Below, in pieces: positions 36,760-50,886 of a DNA stretch of 64,000 nt; the first letter of the stretch is position 1; each line of letters begins with the position of its first letter. Origin of the DNA: Takakia lepidozioides (lineage: Eukaryota > Plantae > Bryophyta); NCBI GenBank assembly GCA_030704615.1, contig CM060731.1, positions 91,512,001 through 91,576,000 on the forward strand, in the 5' to 3' direction. The notes beneath the pieces are model-generated. The model saw only the letters and a list, made by a program, of their open reading frames with translations, made no database searches and was not told the origin of the DNA. The translations under genes and the position numbers were made by a program.

Positions 36760-39700
36760 CGAAGGTCGGTTTGCATTGGGCATTGAAAGTGCGTGAATAT
36801 TTCTTGCCCTTGCCTGAGAAACAACGCTAAACCAAACGAAAGTGAGTGGGAAGGTGTGCCCCTGAATCCTTTCACTCTAGGGCTTGCCCCTCCCAAGACC
36901 AATACTTTTGTGTGCAGGTTCTGCAAACTTTCCCCGTCATGTGTTTCTGTGTGCCACACTCGTATGTACCAGGTGGCACACCGATGCAAGACAATGACTC
37001 GTGCCTGCATTCATATGGGTACACACGAGCATCCTGTGTTAAAAGGAAGTTGCAGGGATAGCGTGGACATCGCTAGAAATCTGCTGAAGCAGGAGTTCCA
37101 CAATGCCCCTTGTGCAACACCTTCTGCTATAGCGCTTGCAGCTAGCAAGGCATTCCTGGAAAAACACATACTGGGTGAAGGGGATGCAACACAACCAATG
37201 CTGGATGCAGATTCGCTTGATGCAGTGATGGACCATTTCTCCGTATTGAGCTCTCCCAATATTCGAAACCAGGTGAATGCACTCAAAATGGGCACAAGCA
37301 GTGCTGGATTCATGGACAACATTATGGACCTCAAACGGAGGAGTCGCTATGAATTCATTCAAAACAGTATCTTCCCTGGCCAGGGCTCGTCTAAGGTGTA
37401 TTTGTTCAAGATGTCCACAGTGGGCGAAGGCAGTGGTGTGAGCATAGTCCGCCGAATGCAACCTGGAGGAGATTTGGCTAAATGTTGGTTAATGTTTGAT
37501 CACTGCAAACGGGTGAAGGGTTGGACAACCATGGCGTGCCATGTGTACGATCCAACGTACCAGCGTATGCTCTCCATAGCAATTTGTGATATGCAGTCGG
37601 ATGACACTGAATCCCAGATGCTCATGTGGAATTCGCCCCTGGCCATCATGCAGCGCAATGGAATGCAGAACACAAATTTTGCGGGCTTCATGGCTGATAG
37701 TGCATAGGCAAATTTCAATGCAGTGCGGCGCGTGTTTGGTTTGGGGGATCCTAAGGTCCCAATGGAAAATAGGGAGTGCACATGCCTCATCCATTGGAGT
37801 CAATCTCTGGCACGTCATACAAAGCGCTGCATTCGTCCTGACCTTCAGTTGGAGCACATAAAGCTCTGCCTCAAGTACAAAAATGCCACCTCAATGGGAG
37901 AAGCTGAGAGCACTTACCAAACAATCCGGGCTTGGTGGTTCTCCTCTGGTGCTGCTACTGGTATCCACCTGAAGGAGTTGGAGGACTGGTTGGTTTTCTA
38001 GCACTTCAGGTACAGACAGTGGGGAGCTTTCATGACGACGGTAAGCCTCTTCAATCCCAGAAACACAAATTTCACTTTGCATCGTGCCTGTTCGTTTGGG
38101 GTTGTTGGAATGTCACTTGCAGAACCTCTTCCATTTCCTTTTGTTCCTCACATTTGCATGCAATGCCTCCTGCAGGACATGTCCTTGGAGGACTTGGCCG
38201 ACATGTCATCCTGTAGTTTGGCGGAGACTATTCACAACACCTGGATGCAGCAGTCTACCAAAGCAGGACGTGACTTGTATGTGGTCACTGCTGATGACAT
38301 GGTGCGGGCACTTACACAACAAACCAGGTACCGCAATTTTCTGATGGGACGGGGCGGAGGCAAGGGCCCTGATACGACTTTGTTGATGCTAAGGGCTGTA
38401 AGTAGGTCCAAAGACCCATTGAAGATGGCCAGAGCTCTGAACAGGTGCACTGAAGGCTCCCCTTTGCAATCCAGGGTCCCCCATTTGGAAGGCGAGGAAA
38501 GATTTGGATCATGCAAAAAGAAATTGAACTCTCCTCCCGGGTCGGATGGAGATTCCCATCGGCCGGACAGGGTCAATTTCTCTGTACCAAAGGTGTCTCC
38601 GGTGCAGACTAAGTCGTGTGCCCGCCCCTTCCCAGGTGGGTCCTCTTCCAGTGGAGCAGGTGAAGATCATGCAAGCACAGCAACAGGAATCCCATTGGAG
38701 GAGGTGGTGTCCTAGGTGCATGAATCTGATTGCATTGATAGCGAGTGGCATATAGAACGCACCCCACCAGGATCTAGAGTGGCTTGCATGGCAATTCGGA
38801 CCCCCTCTTTCAAGAAATGAAAATAAAAAATATGCAAAGGCTCCAAGGGGACTCCAGCTCCAACATTCATAGGGTTGTACCGACCTTATCATAGTGGGGA
38901 GTCAAAGGACCACAAGTTCTGGTTCTGCCCAGACGATATGGCACGATGCGTCAAGGGAACAGTTCGTCCTTCGGTGATAATGAAGCCCCCTCCCCCCGCA
39001 ATTTGGCCTGTGAAGCTTGGGACGTCGCTGTCATCAACCAAGATAAGCATGCTGGAGGAGGGAGGGTTCCGTCTTGCACGGTCCCGGGTGGTGCCCTCAT
39101 GCACTGTGGGCACAGATGTGCCACATGCTCCGGCAATGCCTCCACCCGGTGCTGACTCCCACCCAACAAAAAGAGATGGAAAAATAGTGCGCCGTGTCGC
39201 TTCGGGTGCAAATCACGACTGCAAGATGGAATCGGCTAGAATTTTGCAGGCTCGGGTGACTCGTATCACCGAAGTCCCTGCCCCGGGGTATGGACGGATT
39301 TACACAGTGCTGTCTATTGGCTCAGTTCTTCATGGCAAAGAATATCAGGTTACCGTGGGGAATTTCCCTACGTGCACTTGTCCGGATTTTGTAACGATGC
39401 GTGAGGGCGCTCTCGGCATGAGAGGGAAGTGGGTCCCCTGCAAGCATCAATATTACATATACCTTGTAATTATGTGTTGCGACGGTAAGAGAGACCAATT
39501 CATTCACCAAGCCACACTAGGCTACGGAGAAGTCATCACCCTTCTGCAGCGGGACACCTCACATAGGGCTCCGCCAGATTCTCTTTGAACACATACGAGC
39601 CATGCCCGCTTCCCATGCTGGTTTCCAGGTTATCGTGTGAAGACTTTGCATTTAGGACAAACACATACATTTCGTTCACGGAACCAGGGCAAATGCACAT

Positions 39701-39968
39701 GCCATTCATTGTAAGCGTCTATTTGTGAATTGAAATAAAGTGTGTCAATCATTCTGAGCTCAAATATGCCATATTTTCATATTCCTCTTTTTGTGCAGGC
39801 ATTGCAGACATGGTGCATGGTGGCCCCCTTTGTTTTGTCCACGGTAATAGGCCCTCTTCCTGTAATCCTCGCCTATAGGACCTGCTTCTCCAGCAGATTT
39901 GTGCCGCTCACGCTTCCCTGAAGCGTGAGCTCAGCTCCCAGGCTCACGGGGCTGGGCTCACGCCGTAG
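36760..39968 (+). mobile_element. GCM-domain Mutator-like element, 5'-truncated; transposase pseudogene about 36760-39588
   Basis: C.G...C....C...CRFC...C...GTHEHP (GCM-like), FDH.KRV, FMADSA, CLIHW (CxxH), LAETIH, SWIM CTCPDF...CKH; ends (GCTCACG)n...CCGTAG. Confidence 0.78.
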
Positions 39969-40259
39969 CTACGCTGCTACAAACGCGGTCTCTGCACTTG
40001 ATGCCTTCGCCAGTGGGATTGGGACTACCTGCATGCCATTTACCAGTACAATACACTTTGAAGGTGGCGTAATCAAAGATAATTTTCTCTATGCATCCCT
40101 AAGATTCGCATATCAAGAGCAAGAGAGTCTCATAGAGTCTGCTGCCCTGCTGCCTTCTCACACATCATGTTTTCCTGCCCAACGAGCTCACTTCCAGAAT
40201 TCAATATGCATCTCAGAACCGAGTTTGATGAGAGGGCAAAACAGGCTGAAATAGGTCAA

Positions 40260-40822
40260 AGAAGGCTCATATGTCTCCAAGGCATTCCTACCACATCCAT
40301 GCTTGGTGAATCCTACCATCATTATATTCAACGTGATCAAACCTCTTTCAGGCATTCTGTTGAACACTTGGTGTGCATCCACGATGCTCCTGCACTTCAC
40401 ATATATGTTGACAATGGTGTTGTGTAGAAAAACATTTGGCTCCAATCCCCGTTGGATAATGTGAGCATGCACCTGCTTCCCATATTCCAGGCATTTCATC
40501 TTGATGCGCTTCTGCAAGAGACAGACATTAGTATCTGAATATGCTGAAATGCTACAATTCCAGCTTTGCCGATGCAACCATGGACATCTTTGCCCTTTTC
40601 TAGGGCTGCCAGGCTTGCACACGCACTGCAAACGCACACAAACGTGATGTGGTCGGGCCTCACCCCTTCCCCCATCATTTGCTCATAGGTCTCCAAAGCC
40701 TCCATCTTGCGCCCCTACAAGCATCGCGTTCGAGGACACCACATCTCGTTCAGCCTGCCTACTATCGAGCACTCCCTTAGGATGCTCGAGGCACGCACAT
40801 TTGACATACATTTCCACCAGGG
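40260..40822 (-). pseudogene. PLS-class PPR fragments
   Basis: GKQVHAHII...NIYVKC.SIVDAHQVF and EGVRPDHITFVCVCSACA. Confidence 0.85.
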
Positions 40823-41077
40823 CAGCTTGCAAGGTGAACGATGGCGGAAAACGCAGAGCTCCTGCACTTCAAGAATTTCAAGAACTGCAAGAACTGGGCA
40901 GCCCGGCCACGCTCCAAAAAAACTTGGTGCTTTGGGGTTTTTCTGGCGGGCAGTCCGGGCAGGGTCCTAAAAATTGACGACGAAACGTGGCGACGAAAAC
41001 ATGGCACTATGGCACCCTATTCCTGCTCTACGCTAAACTAGCTTCCCACCTTCGGTCGTCGCTAGAATAACCAACAG

Positions 41078-41190
41078 TCACTAGCTCAGTTGGTTAGTGC
41101 ATTAAGTGCCGCCCAGATGATTCTAGGGCCAAATCCTACTATTTGATGGGTGTGGTATACTCTTCTCCCCCTTCCCTTGGGCAGTGTCCC
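41078..41190 (+). mobile_element. Possible degenerate tRNA-derived SINE head
   Basis: A-box TAGCTCAGTTGG at 41082 and a weak B-box-like GGGCCAAATCC. Confidence 0.3.
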
Positions 41191-42041
41191 ATTTCTACGC
41201 CTTCATGGCGAGGTTATTGTGAAAGAGGTTATTTTCGCCTAACACTATTAAGGGGCCTGATTTGTGAGCTGTCGCTCCCAAGTGTTTCCCTTTAATATAT
41301 ATAGCCAAGTAATAGATGAGGCCCGGGAGTTGAATGCGAGGGGCCCGGTTCCGCCAGCGTGGACGCCCCGCCACCCCACGCCCACCCCCGACTCCATCGC
41401 CCACACACCGCGCGGCAAGCCCTCCCGCGCCTCATGTTCCCGCTGCCAGGACATGAGACATGCCCTCTCCCGCATCCCCATCCTGCCTCCCATCCTGCTC
41501 TCATGCCTGGCATCGTCCTCCATCCCCCATGCATGCCTTCATCCTCCATAGTACATGGTATCCCAAGAATACATCATGCCATCTTTCCAAAATCATTCTG
41601 ACATCTTTTTAAATTTCAAATGGCAAATCTGAATAAAAGAATTAACGGTGGGATATAAGCCACGTCGTCACATACACTACCACCCCAATCGAGGGTTTTG
41701 CTACCCTCATCGTGCATTTCCTCGTACAACAATTCTCTCTATGCTTTCGAAAACGTGTCCCTACCCTCGCACTCTGCATTCACATTCCAAAATCGAATTG
41801 TGTTTGTATCTTGTCCACATGAACATGTTGCATTCCAGTGTAAGTTGCAATTTGTGTGGATGTCTGGCCCACATGAAGAAGTTTGTGCTTGCATAAGGTA
41901 CAATTTGTTGTCTGATGCATAAATATAGCAGCTATATATGCCCAGAATCTGCTAGCAGAATAAAAGAGTAAGAGGTTTGTGTGAGGATAGGGCAGCGATA
42001 GAAGACATCAGCAAACTCAGAAGGATCTTGTTTGTGTAAGC

Positions 42042-42830
42042 ATGGCTGAAGTGGTTGAACATGGCAAAATTTGCCCCCACCTTCTTTGTAAACTGCAAGG
42101 TCAGCTACAGACACCTAAGACGGGTACTATCACACACCATGATGTACAATGGAGGTCCCAATGGCATGGACAGATACCTGATGAGAACACAGCTATTGCA
42201 TATATCCCTTGGAATCGGGTGGCCGACTTCATTGCTGGTGAGTCCTCCATGAAGGAAGCCCCATGCACCTTCCGCAATCATCGACAGAAAGGCACCCCTG
42301 CTGGGAGTCTTCAGGCACCACGCATCAATAGTGTCATCAACATTACAAGGTATGAATTCCAGCTGAGCATGCCATGATTCATGAAAATGAAATGAATGTT
42401 TTAGACTATACAGACCTTATGTCCAATCCCACTAGCCATGCACTTATTGTTTGATAAGACCTGTTCTAAAATGTCACTCATGTTTTTGGCGTAGGTATCA
42501 CTGCGTCTATGGCCCAGATAACAATACCCTAAACACTGTGGAGGTAACAGCTGCTATGGGTGCCAAGAAATGGCGTGCAGGTCCACTCAAAAAGAGGGAG
42601 AAAGCCTAGAGTGGGGCCAACATCCACACGAAAAAAACCCAAACAAATAAAGACTTCAAACAACAAAACTGGAGAAGGCATCAAAAGATGATGCATGTGC
42701 TAATTTGTTGTTAAACAATGCTACCTGGACCCTGCTATGGCGGAGATAGTTTGTTATGAGAAACAACATGTAAATGGAAGAGGTGACATATGCCACAGAC
42801 CAGCTTCACGTCAGGTAAACCGATGTGCAA
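42042..42830 (+). pseudogene. N-terminal fragment of a plant MULE/SWIM-type transposase-like gene
   Basis: AYIPWNRVADFIAGE...CTF, then after an intron YHCVYGPD; interrupted by the LTR at 42833. Confidence 0.5.
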
Positions 42831-42832
42831 TG

Positions 42833-45570
42833 TGTCGCGGCCCTTTGCCTTGAGGGCGGGGGTCGGGACACAAGAGGGGATGCCCCTGTGGTGGGGGTAG
42901 CGGCAGCGAATAGGGAAGGGGGCTGAAGCACCTTTGAGTGCCGAAGGCACTCAAGGAGGCGGAGGCGCTCACTAGATGGAGCCCCGCAAACCGGGTTGCG
43001 GTGGGGCGACTCCACGAGGGGTGGTGGTAGCGTAAGGAGTCGTAGTGGGGGTGACATAGGACTCAGGGTCTAGATGGTGGTGCACCAGATTTGGACTTGG
43101 CTGTTTGGGGAACCCCCGCGGATACCTACAGAAGTATATATAGGGAGTAGTAACCCCTCAGTAACCTCGAGAACGATGCAAGCCCGTTGGTGACCAAAAG
43201 CTAGTGAATAAGCGTGCAAGCCGGAAAGCGACCAAGGTGTGGGGAGCTGTTCCGGACTGCCAACAACCAAAGAGAATTTCCACTAGGCCCAAAGTGTGCG
43301 AGGGTCTTGTGGAGGAGCAAGGGGGGACCGTTATGCCCTAGTGAGCAGCCGAAGCTCCGAGTTGGCCCAACGGCCAGTTTGGGATTTAGGCGCGCGCATC
43401 AAAGTGAGTAACTATGACTTAAAGGGGGAGTTACCAAAGTGAGGTGCGTGACACTTGGTATCAGAGCCTAGAGTTTAGTACGTGATCGTCCTTGAGATTG
43501 GCCTCACCATGGGGTCGGGCAGGGCTAAGCGAAAGCGGAATGACCCGAAAGCCGATGAACCTAGTGAGCCCGGTGGAGGCGACACATCACCGGAGCGGCA
43601 ACTTGAGGAGACAAGTTATGCTTCTGAAGGTGAGGCCGCTCGGGAGCCAGAGGCGTCTGGGGATGACCCGGGCGACCACGGAGCTGTCCGAAGACTCCAT
43701 CAACCGCTTGGTGGAGGCGGTGGTCGCCAAGACTTGTAAGGTACAGACAACTACTGTTGTGAGTTATATGAGGAGACGGGAGCTTTGTGTAAAGGAAGTC
43801 AGTTGATGTTCGTGAGCGGGGTAATCTTCGGAACTAACGTGTCGTTGTTGGTGGACACAGGAGCGTTGCACTCCTTCATGACACCGACAATGGCATGAAA
43901 GCTGGGACTCCCGACAAGTGACGTGGGGGCCTCTATTGAAGTGCGTTATGCCAAGGGAAAACCACAACTAGCGACGAGGGTGGCGTTCGACATCCCTCTT
44001 TCAGCTGGGGAGTTGGGAAGGGCGTGTGAACTTCACTATTTGCGAGATCAATGGAGTGGATCTCATTTTGGGGATGTGGTTTTTTAGCAAATCCGGAGCG
44101 ATCATAGATGGCCGCAAAAGGGTAGTCACGCTGCCGTGTGGGAATGGTAGCGAAGTTTTACGGGTGTTGGAAATGCCCAACCGAGTGGGAGGGCGAATAA
44201 ACCAGTGTTGTGCGGGTAAATAGATTTTTGCTTATCCTCCGTATAAGGGTAAATAGAAATCAGAGGATTATTTATCCTCCGGGTAAGGATAAATTATTTA
44301 TATGTCCCTTTATTTATCCTGAGGATAAGGGTAAATTATTTATATGTCCATTTATTTATCCTACGGTTAAAGGGTAAAGGCCAATATTTTTTACCGGATA
44401 AGGATAAATACCAGGTAAGGATAAATGATTTACCCTTTATATACCCACCGGGTGAATAAAGGATATATAAATTTTTGGTTTGTTATGCTCAACTCAAAAA
44501 ATATAACTAATTAAATTAAGGCAATCAATTTTTGTTCTAGTTTTTGGTTTAGTATGAGGCTGATTGTATTATATGTTGTATAATATGAGGGACGGTCGTA
44601 CAAGTGTTTCTTCACACCAAAGATAATAATCAAACAAAGCCAAATAAGACCATTTTCCCAAGGGCATAAAGCCATTTTGGTTTATTGTAGGGAAAAAATT
44701 AACCTATAATACCATAGGTAAAAGACACATCCATTGGATGAGGGACGAGCCAAGTCCGATTACTAGAGAGACAGCTATATGGAATAGCGAGAGCCTAGAA
44801 TTAACTATTACCCTTACCCGTCTGAAGGGTAAATACAATCCATATACCCTTTACCCGCAGGTGAGGGTAAATAACAAAAGGATAAATGACAAACTATAGC
44901 CTTTCTTGGGAGCGGGAGGGCCGTATGGTGTTATTAGCATATCTTTTTTAAAAACAAATTAGCATTTGGAATCGAAAACGGAACTTTGTGCAGGTAGTTA
45001 TAAAGATGTTGGGAGGAGCGCACTTCAAATTCCATGATTGAATTCGATCGAGATATTAATTGTAAGCATCGCCAGGAAAGAGCTCCATCAAGCTCAGATT
45101 CGACAAGTAATTCAACCGCCCTGCTCCGCCTCTCTCTCCGACTGTTTTGGCTTCTCGCAAGCAGGGGCATGGGGGTAGGCTGACGGTTACATACAAGGGT
45201 CATTTTGGCTCTGCATGCACACGATTTCCAGCATTCATAATTTATCATCATTGAAGGGTATGGGCTTCGACCGTAATGGTCGCCCATCTGCCCTTTCCCG
45301 GCGATCTCGGGTTACTCATCTCAGATTATTTTCCCGTCTGAAGGGTAAGGGTAAGGGTAAAGAAAATGGGCCAACCCGGATAAATCATTTATCCTTACCC
45401 TGATTTATCCGCCGGATAAATCCGGGTAAATGATTTACCCGCACAACATTGGAATAAATCTGCTAACGGCGAAGGAGTGGGCCGTGGAGGAGCCACACGA
45501 ACCCGAGTTTTTGCTTTACGTGAGGCAAGTGGAAGGAGAAGTCAATAGGGAGCGAACAATACTTAGGAGA
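42833..45570 (+). mobile_element. Ty3/Gypsy remnant: 5' LTR 42833-43453, tRNA-Met PBS, gag-protease fragment
   Basis: TGTCGCG...CGTGACA ends, PBS TGGTATCAGAGC at 43456, LLVDTGA..SF and DLILGM. Confidence 0.85.
44203..45451. mobile_element. Non-autonomous hAT element (1249 bp) nested in the Gypsy remnant
   Basis: TIRs CAGTGTTGTGCGGGTAAA / TTTACCCGCACAACATTG, 8-bp TSD GAATAAAC/GAATAAAT, subterminal GGGTAAA/GGATAAA repeats. Confidence 0.9.
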
Positions 45571-46469
45571 CATTAAAAGACAGAGGCAAACATGCAAAGA
45601 TAAAAACCTCCAATATATACCTAGTATATTTGTACGAAAAAGAGGTTTAGTGTGGATGAGGAGTATGTGTGGCCAACAGCAGCAACAGCAGCAAAAATGT
45701 TTGTGACAGATGACAAGTACAAGGTACTAAAACACCTGTCATATGCAAGAAAGCAGACAATTGCTAAACATGTGATGGGTGTCACAACTTTGCATGATGT
45801 GATGCCTGCTGTAGAAGCTTTTGTTACTCGAACTGTAGGGGTCAAATTGAAGAAATTGAAGTCAACCTTCAAGCAGCGCTTGGCTGCTTTAGACATAGTG
45901 GTATAGTGGGCTTTGGGAGAGAAGGTGAGATTGGTCAATCTCCCAAAGTTGACGGGTGTTGTAGACATTTGTCTCGATAATATCGAGGACTTATAGTGGC
46001 TTAGGTGCCTCACCGAGTTGAATTACTGGCCCCTATTTTGGCACCGGTAGGGAGTGGTGAGTAGGGTTTAGGGCCCTCTGACTTCGATCAATGATTAATT
46101 GCTTGGTTTCTAGTGCTCTGTGTTTCAACCTCCATTTCCACTGCAAAGCAATGCAAATAAGCTAAAAGGTCTCGGTAATGGCTTCCTGGTTTAAAAAGCT
46201 CTCTTCTGGAAAATACTTTTGTCTCCTCTCTCTGCTTGCCCTCTAATGAAGAACAGGTGACTGGCACAACACCCATTAGCCAAAGACATCCCATCTGTGT
46301 GAGGTATAGGCCTACATACGCACTGTTGTTATCAACAGTGTGCTTGCTACTATGATGTCAAGGCTGACCTACAAACTTACAATCAACACTGCATCCCCAT
46401 GGTTGTGGATTATACGTGAGAGCTATGGCAATTAAATGCAAAGCAGTTCATGGAAAACAAACCAAGAAG

Positions 46470-46690
46470 AAAAAAACCTTCTAGGAAAAAAATACACGGG
46501 CAAGGATTAAAGGAAAACCTCACGGGGAAAAGTATAGAGGAAAAACCAATTCCGCAAAGGGAAAAATCTCAATAGGGGAAAGGTGCATTGGGGAAAAATA
46601 AATACACCAGGGAAAAATCCAAATAGGGAAAATGCAGTGGGAAAAAATAAATACACCGGGGAAAATCAGGAAGGGAAAATCAAGGGGGTA
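46470..46690 (+). repeat. GGAAAA-rich degenerate tandem repeat
   Basis: Repeated GGGAAAAA(T) units. Confidence 0.55.
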
Positions 46691-49561
46691 ATTGTTTCCT
46701 GTGAACGTTGGGAAGTACGCAAACATTTCCACTGTTGCACAGTTCCCTCTGACGTATAAATCAGTACGAATATCTAAGTGCATTTTGCCCTTTTCCCCAT
46801 GAGGTCATCATTCTAAAGCTCCTTGTGATATAGAGTCCAATTGATTACTAAGGCAAAAGTGCCATGACATTTTAGATGAAAGGGATATAGTTAGGAACAT
46901 GATTCGATGTTAAGTTTTGTAGATCTGAGCACATGGTTCTAGTTATAAATGAAAAGGTGCAGATTTTGCAGTCAAGGGTGAAGAAGGCTCTACTGGGGGC
47001 ATTCAGGGGTTAACTACGTCAGACTAGGTTGGAGGCGACAACTAGACCAGCGCCACTTGGATGCTACATTCAAATGAAACTTGGTCCAGCTAGGTTAGCG
47101 AAGCAGCCGTCATATGATCCTACTTTGACTGTCAATTAGCTTTGCTTTGAGCCTTTGAGGGTACTGTTACAGAGCTCGAGCTGTTGTGCAGGTATTTTTG
47201 GGAATGTGAGTAGACACATGAGGGGAGACTACACACCTACTACACATTCAATTTTCTATCACTATGGAGCACTGCAGGCAATTAACAAGTATGCCGGATA
47301 AATTAGCAAAGAGGGGAGTAAAATTTTCCTAACGTGAGACCTGTTCTGCCAGTGGTCTCCTTGGCAGTCTCTTTGTGTGGTGCGCTATGTTGAAGTTTTC
47401 AACAACACTGCAATGAAAGGTATAAACTATAAATCCCAGCTGGATAATAACTGCACGCAAGCTGTCTGGGAGGGAACGAAGCTTGATTGTTCCGGATACA
47501 CAACTAGTTACTCTGGCCAGAAAAATGAAAGTGCCTTATTTTACCTGCTGAATTTACAGACTAGGCACAAGTCAAATGAGATAACAGCTCTTTAAATAAG
47601 TATGTGGGATTTAGAACACCAAGTTGTCCTAAAAAAGCAGACATGAATCTGCAGACTCAATGATCACACAACGGGGATGTATACAAAGACTAGGATAATT
47701 AAAAAGCATGTAGCTAAAGTTACATTAGAGTAGCACCAGACTAAGTGAAAAACTCGTTGTACAGTGACAAGTTCGAAGGTATGTAAAAACTTTAAAATGT
47801 ACTTGAATTCCAGTAACATCAGTGTTTTGGGGCAGCACGCTTAATGAAGTGCTTCGAACATACAAGTTTATAGCTTTCTTACGCTATTCCTAGTGCTGGA
47901 GCCTTTACATCGGGAAGTAACAGAGGTCGAGGCCGTAGTCAAAGGAACGCCTTCACCTGGCTTCATAATCTAAGAAGGACTTATTCAAGCTAGAGAGAGA
48001 AAGAGCCAACATATGTACCAATCGAGAACAGTTTTTAAAGCTCTAAGCCTCGTCTAAGTCTCACAAAATTTTACTTAATTTACACTTTGCGGTTCACAGT
48101 TCCGTGTCAAACAGCTTGCACCTGAGCCTTTGTAATTTCCACACGCGATGTCCAGAAAGGAGTTTGAAGGTACAATCAACACCCCTGTTGTCAGATCGGT
48201 CGGGGAAACTGGTTATCACCTCCTTCATCTTAGCCATGTGGCGCCGGGTGGGCATTATGCACGCAGGTTTTTAACGACTAGTCCAACACTAGCGTACATT
48301 GCCCCCCGGGCCGCCCAGGCCACTTGTCAACCACAAGCATTGGCGACAGCAGTAACAATTGTCTTACCAAAGTCGCCCATAATTTTATCTTTGACCCCGC
48401 CCCTTTTGGGTTGGTTGAACCCCCCAGCCTTAACTTTGGCAGGAGGTTTTGGGTCCGTCATTGCAAAGTACTCGCTGCAGGGTAACCAAGCCGATTCACG
48501 ACACTGCGATTTAGAGACTGGAGAGAGGAGTAGATCCTCTTAGACCTTGAAAGAGGCCTACTTACATTCAGCTCAGAAAAGGAAGGATATTCATCACATG
48601 AACCGACGATCTCCCTCCACTAAACCGACAACCTCCTCTTTGACACGAGGCCCCTCATTCCCTTCATGGAGCTGCAAGAGCTAGTCAAACACAGCAGAGA
48701 TCGCTCCCCCATGGACCAAACACAAGATTCTCAAACTCCGCCAGAGTGCACACTCAACAGAAATTACGCTGTACCAGGAAAACACCCAACAACAGAGAGA
48801 AAGGAAAGCAGACACAGAGAGAGAGAGAGAGAGATGAGTGAAGAGGAGAGGAGGCCCAAGCAGCTTAATATGTACTGCACTGCTCCGCGGACAGCCGGCT
48901 GCAGCGTCCGCACATTTACCGACGAACACATTCGACCGGTCATGAGCGGTCCCCACAGTACAACCAGGTGACACTGTTACGTCGCGTCAAATGACGTTGA
49001 ACGACGTTTACATGGGTTAAGTTCCATTTCATCTTCTCTTTCCCTTCCTCAATTATTAGGGGGGGAGATGGCGCTCCGGAGAGACCCCCAACGGTCTCAC
49101 GATTTCTCCTTCCCTTTCACGATTAACAGACTAGATCCTTAGCTTCATGGTTATCACATTATGTGAAACATTCTCCACGATTCAAGCTGCATTTCAATAG
49201 GCTATTCTCATATGTTCAATGCTATTTTCTCAGGACTGCATCATCTTTTCATGATTTCTGTCTTTTCGTGAAATCTTCATCCTTCCTCCTTTAATCCCAG
49301 TCTCGTGCAGGCGGCGCCCCTACCCAGTCCTCTCCTAGGAATGACAGCTAATGAATAGTCTGGCCAGCTAGTTTGCCGCTACTTTTACCTCATGGCTTTC
49401 TGACATTTGTCCCCACTTTCTCCCTCTCTCTCCCTCTTTTTTTTTCTCAGCTAAATTCTCTACGTACTCGTTCCTCGCCTCCTTGCGCTTTCGTTTTGCG
49501 TTCTTCTCTTCTGTTTGCTGGTGTTTTGCTTTCAGTACGATCATTTCCTTTCCTCTACATT

Positions 49562-50886
49562 ATGGGTCCCAGCGGATATGTCGCTCCTAGATCGAAGGAT
49601 AGTGCAGGGATTCGTCACCCCTCCACCCCTACGCAGAGGCAACACAGGAGCTTCGCTCCCTCATCGGATACAGGGTTCTTTCTGGCTCATCAAGCGCTAT
49701 CGAGGTATGTTGGAGGGGCTGAAGTAATGAGACATCCATCCCCCAGGCCTTCATCCTCTTATGTTGACACTCCATACCCTCCCCTGCCCCTTCTAAAAAT
49801 GTCGAGGCTAGATCCTGCATTGTTTGGAGGCCCTCCCCCATCTCCACCAGCCGAAGACTACGCTGAGGAGACATCTACCAAACAGGTAGCTATGAACAAG
49901 GACTTCCCACTGGCGGACATTAACCTTCCAGAGCTATACAAGAGAGTGGAAAAAATGGAGGAGCACGGTATTTTACTGCATTTTCCAGGCAAGAAGGTGA
50001 ACAAAGCACACGTCAGGGACTGGGCGACAAGATACTTGGGAGGTATAGGAGAGATTAAGCAACAATTCTGCCACTCTAAAGGGCAGGGGTTCTACTCCAT
50101 CGTATTTGAAACAGAACAGGCAGCAGCTCAAGCACTCAGATTTAACCCCCATACAAAGGGATTTAATGTTAATATTTTCCCATGGAATTCCAACCTGGGC
50201 ATTAGGAATGGGAAACTCTGGGGACCAAGAATAGTTTCATTGCCATTTATCCCTGATCAGTACCTTGTTAACCTGCCAGACATTGCCAAGCTTTTTGGGT
50301 TCTATCTAAGCTGTCTAGTAGTATTTGACCCACGGACACAGAATACTTGGGGCAAGATCTGGCGTGGAAAGGAGTGACCATAGCATCCAGGCTTTATGAG
50401 ACAGGCTCTGCAAAAATGGTCCTTACTATGCCAAATGAAGACATCCTCCCAGAATATGTCAGACTCCTTATAGACGACAACGGGAACTACTACACTATTT
50501 GCCTCATCGAAGACTGCTCCTCATCAGCGTGCTTCAACTGTGGACAAATGGGGCATATTAAGGTTAATTGCCCTACAAAAAAGAGGAAATGCTCGCCCAT
50601 CATACGTCCCAGATCCACCAACTTTGTGTCTTCTCCACAAGGCAACACTGCTCCTGTTCACGACCACTTCAACAACAGAGCCCAACTTCCAAGACAACAT
50701 TCTCAAGTTCAACAACCAGCTGCCACCCCTGCTGATTACCTGCAATTCATTCAAAAATATATATATTCAAAACCTCGTGGAAACGGCATGGATCCTATGT
50801 ATCTGGAAGCAGGCACAAGGACAAAGGCAAAACCAAAGTGCAGAATCAATCACCCCCTTCTGCCCCCAAAGGCCATCCTTCAATGA
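49562..50886 (+). pseudogene. LINE ORF1 (RRM-like region plus CX2CX4HX4C knuckle)
   Basis: GQGFYSIVF...IFPWN and CFNCGQMGHIKVNC; frameshift near 50360. Confidence 0.75.

Noticed and set aside
41078-41160. tRNA gene
   Set aside because: Only the A-box is convincing; no cloverleaf can be formed.
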